From Camelus ferus (taxonomy: Eukaryota), in contig NC_045696.1 in assembly GCF_009834535.1 (NCBI RefSeq), forward strand, positions 76,200,001-76,264,000: DNA of 64,000 nucleotides. Reading direction: 5' to 3'. A program made the position numbers and the translations under genes. The notes under the pieces were generated by a model. The model did no database searches and was not told the DNA's origin. It was given only the letters and a program-made list of their open reading frames with translations. Shown piece by piece: positions 1 to 14,657 of the stretch. Position 1 is the first letter of the stretch; the number at the start of each line of letters is the position of its first letter.

Positions 1-480
1 AGAGATCAGGGAGATCCTCTAATCCAACTCCTCGCTTTGAAAAGGAGCACACTGAAGCACAGAGCACCTTCCCCAGAGAGGCTTCCACTTAGGGCTGCCA
101 TCTGCAACAGGGAGGTCTCTCTTAAGTTCTAGCTTAAAATCTTCTATGACTGGTCGAGCTTCCACTGAGGACTCTGTTTTCTACTTATCGACACCATTTT
201 CATAAGATGTATCACAAGCTCCAGCACGTATTTATTGTGTATTATTTACTGTGGCTTTATGTAGGTTAGTCCTCTCTTCGGATTACCAAGAGCTCCTTGA
301 AGGCTACATAATTTGAATCCTCTCACCCTGCCTCCTAGCAGCAGAGCTGAAAATTCAACATTTACTGAATCCTTTCCCTTTACAAATGGGTCTAGAAGGG
401 CCAAAATGAGTGGGAAGAGTTCAACAGAGCTCTTGTCCTCCTGAGGTTTAAAATGGAATAGGCAGAGAGTGGAACAGCTC

Positions 481-549
481 TAATATAGTCTGCTTGAGTG
501 GAGGTGTAGACAGTTTTAATACAGTCTTCTGCGGTGGAGGTGTAGACAG
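481..549. repeat. Two-copy tandem duplication, 36-bp period
   Basis: 481-513 TAATATAGTCTGCTTGAGTGGAGGTGTAGACAG vs 517-549 TAATACAGTCTTCTGCGGTGGAGGTGTAGACAG, 28/33 identical. Confidence 0.75.
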
Positions 550-1227
550 CGAATGCAGGTAACAAGGAGGTTAGTTTACCTGAGAGCATCTGAGAAACGC
601 TATTCAATGTGTGGTCCAAGGACAGGTGTTGGTTACATATGAAATAAATGCAGAAACTGAGAATAAACATTTAGAATCGCTTATAGCCATTGACAAAGTA
701 AAATCATGTCTCCTGAGTCTAATAATAAAAAATTACGACTTGTGCTTTGTATGTCTGTGAACAGCGTAGAAATTTTAAAAAGAAAGGAAAGCAGCAAGGA
801 AGAGAAAAAGAAGGAATCTGGCCTTTTCTCACAGAGAATTTGAGCAGCACTGTCCTAAATGAACCGGGCTTGACCTGGACCCCGCAGAGGAGGGGGACTT
901 CCCCACCAAATAAGTGGAAGAAGGTGGGACAAGGATGGTCAGAAGCACCAACTCAGAGGAGAGGGTGCAGGGAATTAATGAGAAATAACAAACCAGTGAC
1001 ATGAGACGATTCTACTGTATGTGGATTTTACTGTATGTGGGAAGAAAACCCACAACAAGTGAACAATACCAAAGGTTAGGAGATTTCATTCCAAGCTGAA
1101 GAGTCTGGACCTTATTGCACTGGCAATGGAGAACTATGGAAAGTTTTTGACTAGAAAGTACCATAATGGATTCTGCACATGGGTAGAAGATGCTCAGTAG
1201 CTCCTTGGTAATTGAACTCATTTGCCT

Positions 1228-1544
1228 CAGTGGCTTTCACTTAAATGCCTACCTAGGCAGGCAGACCCCATAAGCAGAAGGGCAAGGCTTGGCCATCTAA
1301 CTAGCACTTGCCTCATCTGATGGACCTACTATCTAGATCCAGCAACTATTTTCATCTGGATTATACACTCCATGTGCCAGATATACAATCTTTCAAGAGA
1401 AGCTGAAAACCTGTACCTATATAGGTACTCCTAAATTTCAAATGTTAACACTAATTCAAAAACTTGTTAAAAGATACTGTTAAGGCCAAAACAAACAGGT
1501 CTGAAAGTTGGATTTGAGGTTCAGGTCCCCAATATGTACCTCTG
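1228..1544 (+). mobile_element. MER102-like hAT-Charlie non-autonomous DNA transposon
   Basis: Collinear with the recalled MER102 consensus: CAG..AAATGCCTAC..GGCAGGCAG start, TTTCAAGAGAAGCTGAAAA, AAATGTTAACACTAATTCAAA, GGCCAAAACAAACA, ..CCTCTG end. Confidence 0.7.
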
Positions 1545-3437
1545 CTTTTGCACATAAAAAAGAGATTTATTAGGTCTTCTAAAGTGATAAGCTGCTCCTC
1601 ACATATTTTTTGGTCCCCAAAGCCTATGAAGATTATTTTTATACTCAAAAATATAATGTCTATACTGTCCTGTGGTCCTCTGTCTCCAGAGATGATTGCT
1701 GGCATTAGTGATTACTGCTGATGTGTGCTGCTGATATGACCAAATCTCATGCATCCCTCAGTTCCTTCTCTCTTCGTTCAGCAGTAAAAATTATGTGCAA
1801 TTATAGCCACCCTTTATAGCCCCTGTAAGTACTACCATCGCTAAGAGGTAGAACTGTGTCTGATTTTTAGTATCTTTATCTCTTAAAACCAGAGTACTCA
1901 GCACTCTTAATCCTGGACTGAAACTGGGCTACTCTATCCAGCCCCCAGTGAAATAGCAGGGCATTCTGCCCAGGGCATTTCACTTTTCCCTTTTCTCTGG
2001 GGATCTTTGTTTAGCTAAGATTGCCAGGGCCCAAGGTAAAAGCAATATTAGGGTGCAGCTGGTAGACCCATTAGGATGTTTTCAATCTATGGGTCCCTTG
2101 GAAGGGAAAAGTTTTTATTCCAACAGGTTACAGAAAATTAAAAAAAAAAAAAAAAAACACCTGTCTGCCAGTAAATTTTAAATGTGTTTGTTAGAAAGGG
2201 TGGGGGAAGGGGTGAAGAGGAGAGGGAAATAAAAAGAATCAATAAAGCCTCTTCCCAGCTGTTCTTTCCACAGCCTGCATAAAGAATGTACATCCTTTTG
2301 ATTAAAGTGCAGCTTTCATGCCCTGTGATGGCAGGCTGCCAAAAGCTGCCTTAAGGTGAGTTCTGCTATTTTAAGGTGGAATTGTTTGCATTTGACTTGA
2401 AAAGATTTGTTCTTCCACAGTTCACTTTCACACTGCCTCAGAAGGCTAGCAGCAATCTGAACCCAAAGAAACAAACAATATGGAGGAAATGACCCCTGGC
2501 CCCTTGGGGAAAAAAAAATTTTTTAAGTCAAATGACCATAATTTCAACAGCTTTCATCATTCCCTGTGGTACTTTTTACTGTTCCAAGAAACTTGAATTA
2601 GACTTGATAGGGCTACATCATAAACTTCCACAGTAAAAGATTAATATTCAATTATAAAAATCACTCAAGGTTCAGATTTACTTAGTTTAGGTGGCCATGT
2701 TTTCACTCATTTATCTTATAAATGTATCCATTCAGAAATCCATATCAATGCTCAGAATTTGAATTGCTTCCAAAGAAGGATAAACATTCTGGGATGTTGT
2801 CGTTGTCACTAGCCTGGTCGTTTTTATATTTTTCCAGTAAAATGTGTTGGTCTTTTAGCCTGAAAAGCGACTGGGTTTGTGTTTGAAAAAAACAAATCAC
2901 TGTGCACATACACACATGTAGCCGAGCTGTGCTGTTCAGCCTGGATATGTCTCCCCCTCTGTCCTCTGCATCCTAGAACTCCATTCCTGGCTACCCTGTG
3001 TAAGCTGAGCTACCTCCTCCCAGTTAAGATGTGCTCAATGCACTAGAATTGCCTGAACTAATTACTAGTGTTTCTTAACCAACCCATTTTATAATTTTTC
3101 TGTTTGTCAGTCTTGAGTTTCTAAAAAACTTATTATTAATTACAGTTTGTCCTTGTGGGCCCAGAGTTGATGAGGCATTTAACATGATTCTTGACTACCT
3201 TCTAACAAGACTGCTTTTCACAAGCATAAAACAAGAATTTTAAGCTTCTTTTTTCCTTCTCTTCTGAAGCTCATTGTTCTTTTGTTATCAGCACTTAGAA
3301 CTTATATTTGAGGATTCCCTCACTGTGCTGTAGTAATGGGGAAATATCTGTAAATACCTTGTACAGAATGACGATTTTCCTAAAAGAGAGAAGATAGGCT
3401 TGTCTTGGGATGTTAAGAAAATAAAGTCATAAGTTGA

Positions 3438-4192
3438 GGGTGTGGAGAAAAGGGAACTCTCCTACACTGTTGGTGGGAATGTAAATTGGTGCAGCCACTA
3501 TGGCGAACAGTACGAAGGTTCCTTAAAAAACTACAAATAGAGTTGCCATATGATCCAGTAATCCCATTCCTGGACATATATCCAGAGAAAACTCTAACTT
3601 GAGAAGATACATGCACCCCAATATTCATAGCAGCATTATTTACAACAGCCAAGACATGGAAGCAACCTAAATGTCCATTGACTGATGACTGGATAAAGAT
3701 GTGATACACACACACACACACACTGGAATATTACTCAGCCACAAAAAAGAATGAAATAATGCCATTTGTAGCAACATGGATGGACCTAGAGATTATCATA
3801 TTAAATAAGTCAGAGAAAGACAAATATTGTATGATATCACTTACATGTGCAATCTAAAAAATAAATGATACAAATGGAAATAGACTCACAGACATAGAAA
3901 ACAAATTGGCTCCCAAAAGGAAAGGGGTGAGGGAAAGGGATAAATTAGGAATTTGGGATTAACATATATACACTATTATATATAAAATAGATAAACAACA
4001 AGGACCTACTGTATAGCACAAGGAACTATATTCAATATCTTATAATAACCTATATTGGAAAAGAATCTGAAAAAGAATATATGTATGTATAATTGAATCA
4101 CTTTGCTGTACACCTGAAACTAATACAACATTGTAAATCAAATACTTCAATAAAAATAAACTATATTTAAAAATGAGTAAAAGAAAAACAAA
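3438..4192 (+). mobile_element. 5'-truncated LINE-1 (ORF2 3' end plus 3' UTR, artiodactyl-type)
   Basis: GAGGGTGTGGAGAAAAGGGAAC..CACTGTTGGTGGGAATGTAAATTGG is ORF2 C-terminal sequence; 3' UTR ends TACTTCAATAAAA plus A-rich tail; degenerate TSD AAGAAAATAAAGTCATAAGTTGA (3415-3437) / AAGGAAATAGTCATAAATTGA (4193-4213) at a TT|AAGA endonuclease site. Confidence 0.92.
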
Positions 4193-7100
4193 AAGGAAAT
4201 AGTCATAAATTGAAATATCTATGTCATCATTAATTTCTTAAAGCTAGGGAGTAAAATAATACTACACAGAACAGATGTGAAATGAAAGAGTGCTTTTCTC
4301 CAGCCAGATGAGATGGGTTTTCTTTTCCCATTCTCTCTATCCTCTTTCCATCTCTTCTCTCAAGTTCTGGGGTTTTTTTTTTTTGTTTGTTTGTTTGTTT
4401 CTTTAATTAAACAGCTTGCTGTTAACATAAGCAGGGGAGAGCTTCAATGTAACTGCTCATAAGACACTAGTGGAAATCACTGAGTTCATGGGTACCATTC
4501 TGTAAAAAGGTGCTCCAGGGAAGTGGAATAATTTACTTCCTTTAAAGATTGAATCAAGCACTTTGGACTCCCAGAAGGGTACAATCTACCTCATCTAAAA
4601 GGTGTGATGAAAGTGTCACTGATAGCTTTAGGCAGAGACTTTCCTGTGTCCAGTTCTGGAAAGGGTCATTCCAGGCCCAGGTGTGGTCTCAGCTTCAATA
4701 TAATGTCATGGGGATCTTCAGCCTTCTGTGTCAGGTCCCACTTGAGAATTCAAAAAATGCCATGAGCTTTCTTCCTCTGTAATTACATATATGTCTGTCC
4801 ACTCCCACCCAAACCCCAAACACAAAAAGTCCTTTCCTAGATCCCACTGGCCAATTTTAAGCTTGTCTAGAGATGTATCATGTCTGGTGTCAGATTCATG
4901 CAAAGGAAATCCAGAGTCTGATACACTAAACAGGATGCCAATTTATTAATTTAGATCTGGAGACATGGCTTGGTCCAGGAGCTAGGCCAACTGTCTCAAC
5001 TTCCTTCTGGTAGGTAGAGCTACACAGGAAATTAAATTACAGATCAGAAGGCTTCCTGATGATTTTAGAAACATAACAAAGAAGGTGGATGTTACTAAGC
5101 CACAGCAGCCTAATCAATTTCCCTTCTCCATTCCAAGGATATTTGTGTCTGCCCACAAACCTTAAAATCCCTTCTCCTCGAGTCACCATTTCACTGAATT
5201 TCAATATCCAAAGTGGGGAGGACTCAGAAAATTAGAGCCTGCCTATCACCCATACACCATTACTTACGCCAAACAAGTTACAAACAACTGTGGGTGTTAA
5301 CAGATTTCAGCTACACTCCATTTCTTCTTCAGGACGTATTCTTGTTAAGATCCTGTACATTTGGAAGATTTCAGAATTACTTTCTCTCTTTAGTAATGAC
5401 TACAAAACATGTCTTCCTGAGGTGGCTGTAAGTTGAATGTTTCTTTTACACGTCAAAGAGAATTTAACCTGACTTTGTCTCTAAGTTCTGTGAGCACATT
5501 ATGGGGGGATTATCAGCTACCACATATCAACTACAGCATGAACTCTATCGTTTATTTGAAGTAATGCAGAGCGATCATGGCAGAGATCATCTAAAGCACC
5601 TATTTGCATGCATTATGATACTTTCCAAGGATGTTTGCCTCCTTGGGTTTTTCTTAGATTATTATTTCATTGTGTTTACTTTCGATGAGCCAGACAGTGG
5701 AGTCCAGAAACACTGTGAGCTAGAAGGAATATAATATTCTCTCCTTGGTGCTTGGCCAACAGGTAGTATTCTTCTTCCTCTCTCTTCTACCTCCCATTCC
5801 TCTTCCCTCCTTCCTTCTCTCCCTCTCTCTGTAATCCTATTCAAAGCTAAGAATCCAAAATTTCTTCTTCAGCATATCCATTACCACAGCAGAACTCTCA
5901 ATCTCTGTTGGTAAAACTCAAAATTTTCTCCTAAATTAAGCTACTGAAACAGTTTATACAGTGAGTTTTTTCAAAGGCTTGTCTTACGCTCTTTTCTAGT
6001 GAGGGACCAGGTGAAGCAAGCTGTGGAAGGTTTTCTAAGTGTATAGAATAGAATGGCAAACAGGAGGACTGTGTCCAAGGCAAAGGCCAAAGCTGAACCA
6101 CTGAAGAAGGCACCAAGCAGCCTTTCAGAACACCACGGAGCAGACTGTGTGATGGAGGCAAACAAGCCAGACAACAGACAAAAGTCAGAGTAGACAAAGA
6201 GACAACAGGAAGACTTCTGAAGGCAGGGAGAGGACTCCCCCAGCTCATGAAGTTATCTTTGTAAGAGGGCTAAGATGACATGAACTGAGTAAAACTGCAG
6301 TTCACAACTGCAAACAAGAAGAACTGTATGAAAGCTGCATGAGGGCAGTGACAGGTGAAGCAAATCATTCCAGTGTGACCCAGGTGTTCACAGGAACCTG
6401 TAGGAACTCTCCCTCCATGGGGTTAAGTGTAAAGATGCTGCCTGGCTCCTTTCTCTAGCTGCTTCAGTTGAGACGTCCTGAAAATCAGCACAAGATACTC
6501 CCAAGTATAGCCATTATCTACAAGCCTCCTGACAAGTTAGAGTTCCTTGGAACTAGTGAATAGGAAATAAGATGTAAGAGAGCCCAGATTCACAAAAGCT
6601 TCACCTTGGCTTGGCAGGACTCCTGGGTGGTATCACCTTTCCAGGATTCTCATTTGTTCTGTTTTCCTTTGAAACTAAATGGAAGCTTCCAACAGACTCT
6701 TCTCTCTGCTTCCAAAACATTTTAAAGTTTGCCAGGAGTTTAATTCATATTTTGGACAAAATGGCATCACTTAATATTCTTCAGTAAATACTGATTAAGT
6801 ATATACTCAGAAAAAGGTTTGCATTTATGTAATACCAGTGAAAAACTTCTTCTGAAGATGAACACAAATTCTATAAGAAATATTTCCCATTAAATGATGC
6901 CATGGTCTTTATTTTGTGGACACACAAGGAAGTTAAATGCCTTCCCACCAAAACCCCACAGTCAGCCAGGGACCACACTCACCACTATTACAACATTGAG
7001 GCACCACCAGCTAAACAACACTAAGAGATCAAAGTCATCATATTTTCCCACCAAATGTTATATAGAAAGTGTTTTCAGCTTTTCATTTAATTGCATTAAA

Positions 7101-7517
7101 AAGAGAGCCAATACAACAATTGCATTAACAAATGTTTAATGATTTGTGAAGAACCTGAGTGATCCTAACACTGGTGGCACAAAGGCTACATTGAAAATAT
7201 AAGTTGTTAGGTATCTCTGAAACCCTGAATCAGCAGCACAGTTCTGGAGAAAAGCCATCCTTTTACCTTTTTCCCTTCGCAAACCTGATCATTCCAAACA
7301 GAACTTCTAATTCACAGCTGGCAGCTCCCATTCCTTTTAAGGAATTGGGCAATTGCTATTGCTGACCCACAATTTTCAATAAAAGCAATTACCTGTCTAT
7401 AAATTGATTAATAGTTCAAGCAACAAGCAATGGATCGATCATTTCCTTTGAGTAAGATAATATGGCAAGTGTTGGAGTGGCCACAGAAGCATAAGGCTAT
7501 CTTCTCTGGTTATTGCC

Positions 7518-8008
7518 TGTTTGCTCTTTATACTCCCAAATCCATTCTCCACGTTTCTCTGCCCTGCTTTGTTCCCAAGGAGGTTGACCTCTACGCTCAA
7601 CTATATGATCTGGGTCCCCTCATCCTCTGGTTTACAGTTGGGTTTGACCAGTGGAAGGCACCAGCAAGAGATCAAAGGGTTGCCTAAGCAGAAGTCAGAG
7701 TCTTTATCTCCAAGCTCCCTCCCCACCTGGCTTGGGTTCAGACAGTGGTTGGGATCCTTTAGGCTACAGTTGCTGTCAGATGTCATTTCCCTTCTGAGAG
7801 GCTCAAGCTCTCACCAGGCCTTCACAACAAGTAAAAGTTCTCTTCTTCAGACCTAGAGCTCGTAATCATTTCCAACTGTTACTAGTCTCTGGGTGCCTCA
7901 CAATTTCTTGCTGACTCCCAAACTTCTGTAGACAGGCCCTTTGTTAAGGTATTTCAGTCAAGCCTCTTTGAGTATGCCATCTGTCTTCTGCCCTGACCCT
8001 GAGATACA
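7518..8008 (+). mobile_element. LTR33-like ERVL solo LTR
   Basis: TG...CA ends; 3' end TTTGAGTATGCCATCTGTCTTCTGCCCTGACCCTGAGATACA and internal GTTGGGTTTGACCAGTGGAAGGCACCAGCAAGAGATC match the recalled LTR33 consensus. Confidence 0.7.
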
Positions 8009-10689
8009 TGATCTCTGCCCCTGCAGCTTTTACAGTTGATACTGGAGAATAAATAACATGAAAATAGAGCCAATACCTTTAGCACGGGATGGAAATCTTT
8101 CATTCTTATCTTGATCCAGGTGATGGACACTGATCCTTAAGATTTGTGTACGTTACTATACACGTAGGTAATCAGTTAAACAAGTTGATGTCATAAAAAC
8201 CAAGTGTCAGGTGAATTCTAAGGAAAAGAATGCCATGTTTAGAGGAGGAAAATAACATTTAGGGACAAGGAAGGAGAATGTTTTAGAGAAAGAGAGATTT
8301 GAGCTGGCATTGAGGGATGGGTAGCACTTGAACTAGCAGAAAGAGAGCAGACTGTTTCTGAGAGGAGGCTCTCAGAGTGTCCAGAAGTGTGGAAGTGGGA
8401 AATGACATGGGAGCCAATAAATAGATGGACTAGACACTGGCAGATATTTCTTTGGTCTCCATCAAAAGATCACTTTACTTATATACTCTCCACTTTTACT
8501 AGGTCACCATCCTCAAGCAATCTGAGCTCAACTGGTCAATATGTGACCATTTCAAGTCAATTACTCTGAAGAAATATCTTTACTCATACGACCTATCCTT
8601 TCCCATAAGATATCAAACACAACAAACAAAAAAATCTCTAATAACCAGAGAATGCCCTCATATTTTCCATGGCATGACATCATCTCAGATAATCTCGCAG
8701 AGTAGAAACTCAGCAGCACTCCTTTTCCAATGAGCCTTAGACAGTCATTTATTTTCCACTTAATCAGTTTAGTCCTTGGAGCCTGCACTTCCCTAGGAAA
8801 CCATTTTGAAGGAGGAGAGGTATTCATTCAATACACCTTGGTTCATTGAGCCAGTCAGAAAATCAGAGATAGGAGCCCTCATTCTTGCTGATGCTTTCCA
8901 TGTTTGTTTTAGGGAAGTCAAATTTGAAGAGGGTCTCTGGCACACTGAGTGTGACATCATGGTCTGTTCACTTCAAACATTGCTTAGAAACCTCCTGTAT
9001 ATAAAAAATAACTGTATCCAGCTCCACACAGGGCTAAGAGAGTTCTCCATTAGTCTCCTTTTTAGTCATAAAATGGTAAGAAAATGACAGGAAGACTGAG
9101 CAGCTGAGATGTAGTAGTGATGAATGGAACTACACTGAAAGTTCAGGTTAGTTGACTGAACTAAGCTAGATTAGAGAAGAGGAAAGTTGCTGAGAGACAG
9201 GGGGAAAAAACTATGTAAAATCAGGCACTTCCTGCATGCATTTTGAAATGCAAATACATTTAGCACCCAGAGAGGTGCAGGGGAATCAAGCTATTTTGGG
9301 CTATTCTGAACAAGGACAGCTTATGTTCTGAAACATATGGCTCAATATTTATAAAGCAGAGTAGTGGGGCAGGGGGAGACAAGAAATTACTGAATGGCAT
9401 CTTTGAATTGGTCATTTTAAGATTCCTTAACAGTTTTGATATGCAAATATGATTCCCTAATAATTAACATATCAAGAATCAGTCACGGGGAAATAGTCTG
9501 TTAACTGATGCTTCGATTGGACTATGTGGAGATGGTGTTCCTTCTACACAACAGGCCAGTTCAGCTTGCCCCATCTCATTTTGTCTGCCCCTGTGCAAAT
9601 GTTTGGAGGAAGGGGTGATGACAAGGGGTAGCTTGCTCTCTATATATGACATTGGTTCTCTCAAGGTAGCTGAGAGCCTATGGACCTATATTTCTTATTT
9701 TCTCATTGTTTCCAGTGGCAAAAAGTCTCTCTGGAACCTCTAAGCAATAACTAGTGCTCATTTCATATCTGATGTTTCTTTTTCCATTAACAAATATTAA
9801 CTGCTAAATCTGTTAGCAAGTGTTTAACGAACTCTTATCATGATCTCAGTACTGTGCTAGGGGCTTTGGAAGAAAATAAAACATGATCCCTGACCTCAAA
9901 GAGCTTACAGAATAGTTTGTTGGAACAAGACCAAAGCATATGAAATAAATCTAGCAAAGATACAGGAATCTGTAGAAATATAGTTCAGCTTTACATATAG
10001 GACCAGTTCTCTAGACCCTCCAACACCGTGCCTATTTATTAAGGATTTTCCCCTCTTACCTGGGAATGGTTGGGTTTTGGAGCTTTGTGGAAGTACTTCC
10101 CCTTACATTCCTACCATCCTGGCATACAATTGTTGGATGACAATCTACTTCATATCCTTCTTCCTCCCTCTCTTATCTCTTCCTGATGCATGATGTACCC
10201 TCCCCTGGAGTTCCCACCATCTGTATCAGACTTTTTGCCTCCCTGGACCTAATTATGTCCCTGATTCTCTAGAGCTATCTCTTCCTTTTTGCCAGTGACT
10301 CAACCTTCTATTAGTGAACAATTAATTATTTGCTCTTCCAATGTTCTTTGTTTTATTTTCCTTTCCTAAGTGCATGTTGACAGGTAAATATAAAAGTATC
10401 GTATGTTGCTACTCACCCCCAACACACCACACACACGGAGTAAACCTTTTCTTAATTTCACTGGAGTCATTGTGCAAGTAACAGCACCACAGAGACTGAA
10501 GCTTGAAATGCCCAATCCAATGAAGATGAAATATAGTTAAATTTCACAAGGCAAATGAGAAGTAAAGAAACATAAATGAGTAACAAGACAATGTGGCAAT
10601 GAAAGAATACAGAATGCCAGATACTAAAGAACAAGAGAAAATAAGGATGAGATAACAAGAGAAATGTAGTGTCTTAAAAGCGGTGGAGA

Positions 10690-10835
10690 TTAAGAGGCAT
10701 TTTCATGATTTCTAGATAGTAGACCTGGGACCCAATCTTCATTTTGAGTCAGCTATCACCTGTTGTATCCTATGGCAAGTCACTTACTCCTCTTGTGTCT
10801 CAGTTTCAAAATCTATAAAACTGTATATAATAAAT
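10690..10835 (+). mobile_element. MIR SINE fragment
   Basis: AGACCTGGG..GGCAAGTCACTTA..GTCTCAGTTTC..ATCTATAAAA resembles the MIR core. Confidence 0.6.
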
Positions 10836-11479
10836 CTAAACTATGGCCCCTGTACAATCTAAGGAATATCTAGTTTAAGATTACCAAGGGTGATACAGGA
10901 TGCATTCTCAGGGACCATGATGGGTTTCCCCATTGCCTGGGAGTGATTAGGTTTTGCTGCTGTTTAAAAGTGTTCCCTCTTACATTCCTATCATCAGGGC
11001 ATGTTCATACTGAAAAGCAGCTTGCTGGCAGGAGTGTGTGCTGGCTGTGATAGAGGAACAATGCTTGCTAATTAAGAAGAGGATCAAGTAACAAGAAATC
11101 ACAAGTCTCTTGGTACCACAAACATACTCGACTACTTGCCTTGGCAATGCCTTCAGACCCTTGAGCAAGTTCGGCCTGTTGGGCTTCAAAGAGTTATTCT
11201 AATTGGTACAGAAAAGTCTGAGAAATTCTCAAACAAAACGGCTACTATTTCCTAGAGAGAGTTGCAACATGGGGAATCTTCATTTGAAAACTTATCAAAT
11301 GTTTTTGAGCAATTCATGTAAAATATCTCCAAAGAAAAACATGTCCCAATTTTCATTGGTGGATATAACAAGAAGAATCCTTTCCATTGGTACAATACTT
11401 TGCAGTTTGCATGTAACCCACATATGTCCTCTCACTTGCTCCCCCTCCCATCCCCTTCCCACTCCAGCAACCTTCAAAA

Positions 11480-11635
11480 TGAGCATTATCATTCCCCATT
11501 TACAGATGAGAAATCTGTGGCCTGGATAAATTTGCTCATTTGGCTGCATGTTATAAAGCTCTTAAGAAACCTAACCAGGATTTAATCACAGATTCTCTGA
11601 CTCCAAGTTCACTGTTACTTATATTACTACTGCTT
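11480..11635 (-). mobile_element. MIR SINE fragment
   Basis: CCCCATTTACAGATGAGAAATCTG..CTGACTCCAAG is the reverse complement of the MIR core. Confidence 0.65.
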
Positions 11636-12167
11636 CAAGAGATTAAAATGTATCAATTTAGAGAAAAAAAGAAGAGTTAGGGAAAAAAATTAAAAGCCAG
11701 GCGATGAGTATTTGCTGCTTGCATAAAGTCCTTGATTTGTGATATTAAGATTAAGCTGACTGGGAAATCACCAAAATGGCAGAGTAGAAGACTCAACCTT
11801 CATTCCCCACAATTATTAACAATTAGACAGCTATCTGTGAACAAAAATAGCTCTGTGAGAGCTCAGGAGTCTACCCAAGGAAACTCAGCAAATAGTTTAA
11901 TTTAAAAAACCTGAGAATAACTGCACAAAAAGAAAGAATAGCTTGATTTCACCTTTCTCATCCCATCTCCCAGCTTGGCACTGCTCAGCACCAGGAGGGA
12001 ACTCCCTAGGTAGAAAGAGTTCCCCTCAGTGGGAAAGGGACAGCAGTGAGAGTGATCAGCTTCCCCAGCCTTTCAGGACACTGTATGAGAGACTCACATC
12101 AGTTTTACCACACCCTGAGAATAATTAAATTCTCCAATCAAAATGTGTAGAGTGGCTGAATGGTTTT

Positions 12168-12170
<3 letters not shown>

Positions 12171-12202
<32 letters not shown>
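12171..12202. repeat. (CA)16 microsatellite inside L1 ORF2
   Basis: Read directly. Confidence 0.95.
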
Positions 12203-12205
<3 letters not shown>

Positions 12206-14657
12206 CCAACTATATGCTGCCTATAAGAGACTCACTTCAGCTTTAAAGATACCCACAGGGATCAAAGTGAAGGAACAGAAAAAGAAATTCCATGCAAATG
12301 GAAAATAAAATGTGTGTAGCTACATTTATATCAGGTAAAATAGACTTCAAGTCAAAAACCGTAACAAGAGACCAAGAAGTCATTATATAATGATAAAAGG
12401 ACCAATTAATCAAGAGGATATAACAATTATAAATACATATACATCCAACATCAAAGCACCTAAATACACTGAGCAAATACTAACAGATCTGAAGAAAGAA
12501 ACAGACAACAATATAGTAATAGTAGGGGACTTCAACACACGACTTTCATCAATGGAAAGATCATCCAGACAGAAAAATCAATAAGGAAACATTGGACTTG
12601 AAGTATACTTTAGATCAAATGGACCTAACAGACATTACAGATCATTCTGTCCAACCACAGCAGAATACATATTTTCTCAAGTACACACAGAACATTCTTC
12701 AGGATAGATCATATCATAGGCCATAAAACAGACTTCGTAAATGTAACAAGACTAAAATTATATTAAGTATTTTTTCTGACCACAACAGTATGAAATCAGA
12801 ATCTACAATAAGAGGAAAAATGGAAAATTACAAATGTGTGGAAATTAAATAACATACTCTGAACAATCAATGGGTCAAAGAAGAAATCAACAGTGAAATA
12901 AAAAATTATCTTAAAACAATTTGTTGTTTAATGAAAATTGAAACAACATAGCAAAACTAATGAGATGCAGCAAAAGCAGTTCTAAGAGGGAAGTTTACAG
13001 CAACTAATGCCTATCTTAAAAAGAAAAAGAAAGATCATAAATAAACAAGCTAACTTTGCAAAATAAGAATATATCAAGCACAAAGTTAGCAAAGGAGATA
13101 ACAAAGATCAAAGGAAAAAATAAATGAAATAGAGAATAGAAAAACAATAGAAAAATCAACTAGGAGCTATTTTTTTAAACTATACACAAAATAGACAAAC
13201 CCTTAGCTAGGCTAACCAAGTACAAAAGAAAAAACCCAAATAAAAATTTTAAATAAAGAGGAGACATTACAAGTGACACCACAGAAATACATAGGATCAT
13301 AAGAGACCATTATGAACAATTTTACACCAACAAATTGGACACCCTAGAAGAAATGAACAAATTTCTAAAAGCATACAACTTATTAAGACTGAATTATAAA
13401 GAAACAGAGAATCTGAATAGACCAATAATGAGTAATGAGATTCAATTAGTAATCAAAAATCTTCCAACAAAGAAAGCCTAGGACCAAATGGCTTCACAGG
13501 TGAATTCTACTGAACATTTAAATCATTAATGCTAACCCTTTCCAAATTCCTCCCAAAAGTTGAGGAAGAGGGATCACTCCCAAATTCATTTTACAAAGCC
13601 AGCATTACCCTCATAACAAAGCCAGGTAAGGAAACTACAGGAAAAGTAAACTATAGGTCAATATCCTCAATGAATACAATGCAGAAACCCTCAACAAAAT
13701 ACTAGAAAACTGGATTCAACAGCACAGTTAAGGATCATACATCATGATCAAGTAAGATTTATCCCCGATATGTAAGGATGTTTCAACATATGCAAATCAA
13801 TAAATGTGATACACCACATTAACAGAATGAAAGATAAAAATCATATAATTCTCTCAATATATGAATAAAAAGCATTTGACATAATTCAACATTCTTTTAT
13901 GTTAACAAACTGAATATAGAAGGAACATACCTTCACATAATAAAGATCACATATGACAAGCCTGTAGCTAATATCATACTCAACAGTGAAAAGTTGAATG
14001 CTTTTCCTCCAAGATCAGAAACAAAACAAGGGTACCCACTATCACCACTGCTATTTAACATAGTAATGGAAGTCCTAGCCAGAGAAATTAGGCAAGAAAA
14101 AGAAATAAAAGACATCTAAATCAAATAGGAGAAAGTAAAATGGTCTCTGTTGGCTGATGACATGATCTTGTATTTAGAAAATCCTAAAGACTCGACCCAA
14201 AAACTTTTAAAATAAACAAATTCAATGTTTCAGGATACAAAATCAATATGCAAAAATCAGTCACATTTCTATATACTAATAATGAACTACCTGAAAATTA
14301 ATTTTTTAAAAGATAACATTTCTAATAGCATCAAAAAGAATACTTAGTAATAAATTTAACCAAGGACGTTAAAGATCTATAAACCAAAAATTGTCACTGA
14401 TGAGAGAAATTGAAGAAGACACAAGTAAATAGAAAGATATCCTATGTTCATGGATGGGAAGAGTTGATAAGATTGTTAAAATGTCCATATGACACAAAGC
14501 CATCTATAGATTTAATATAATCTCTATCAAAATCATAGTGGCATTTTTCACAGAATTGTAAGAAACAATCCTAAATTTGTGTGAAACCACAAAAGACCCC
14601 AAACTGCCAAAGCAATCTTGAGAAAGACCAAAGCTTACACTTCCTGACTTCAAACTA

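Noticed and set aside
3413..3721. 92-102 aa class ORF as a novel protein (also 15758-16024)
   Set aside because: Antisense translation of the L1 ORF2 3' end, a common artefact.
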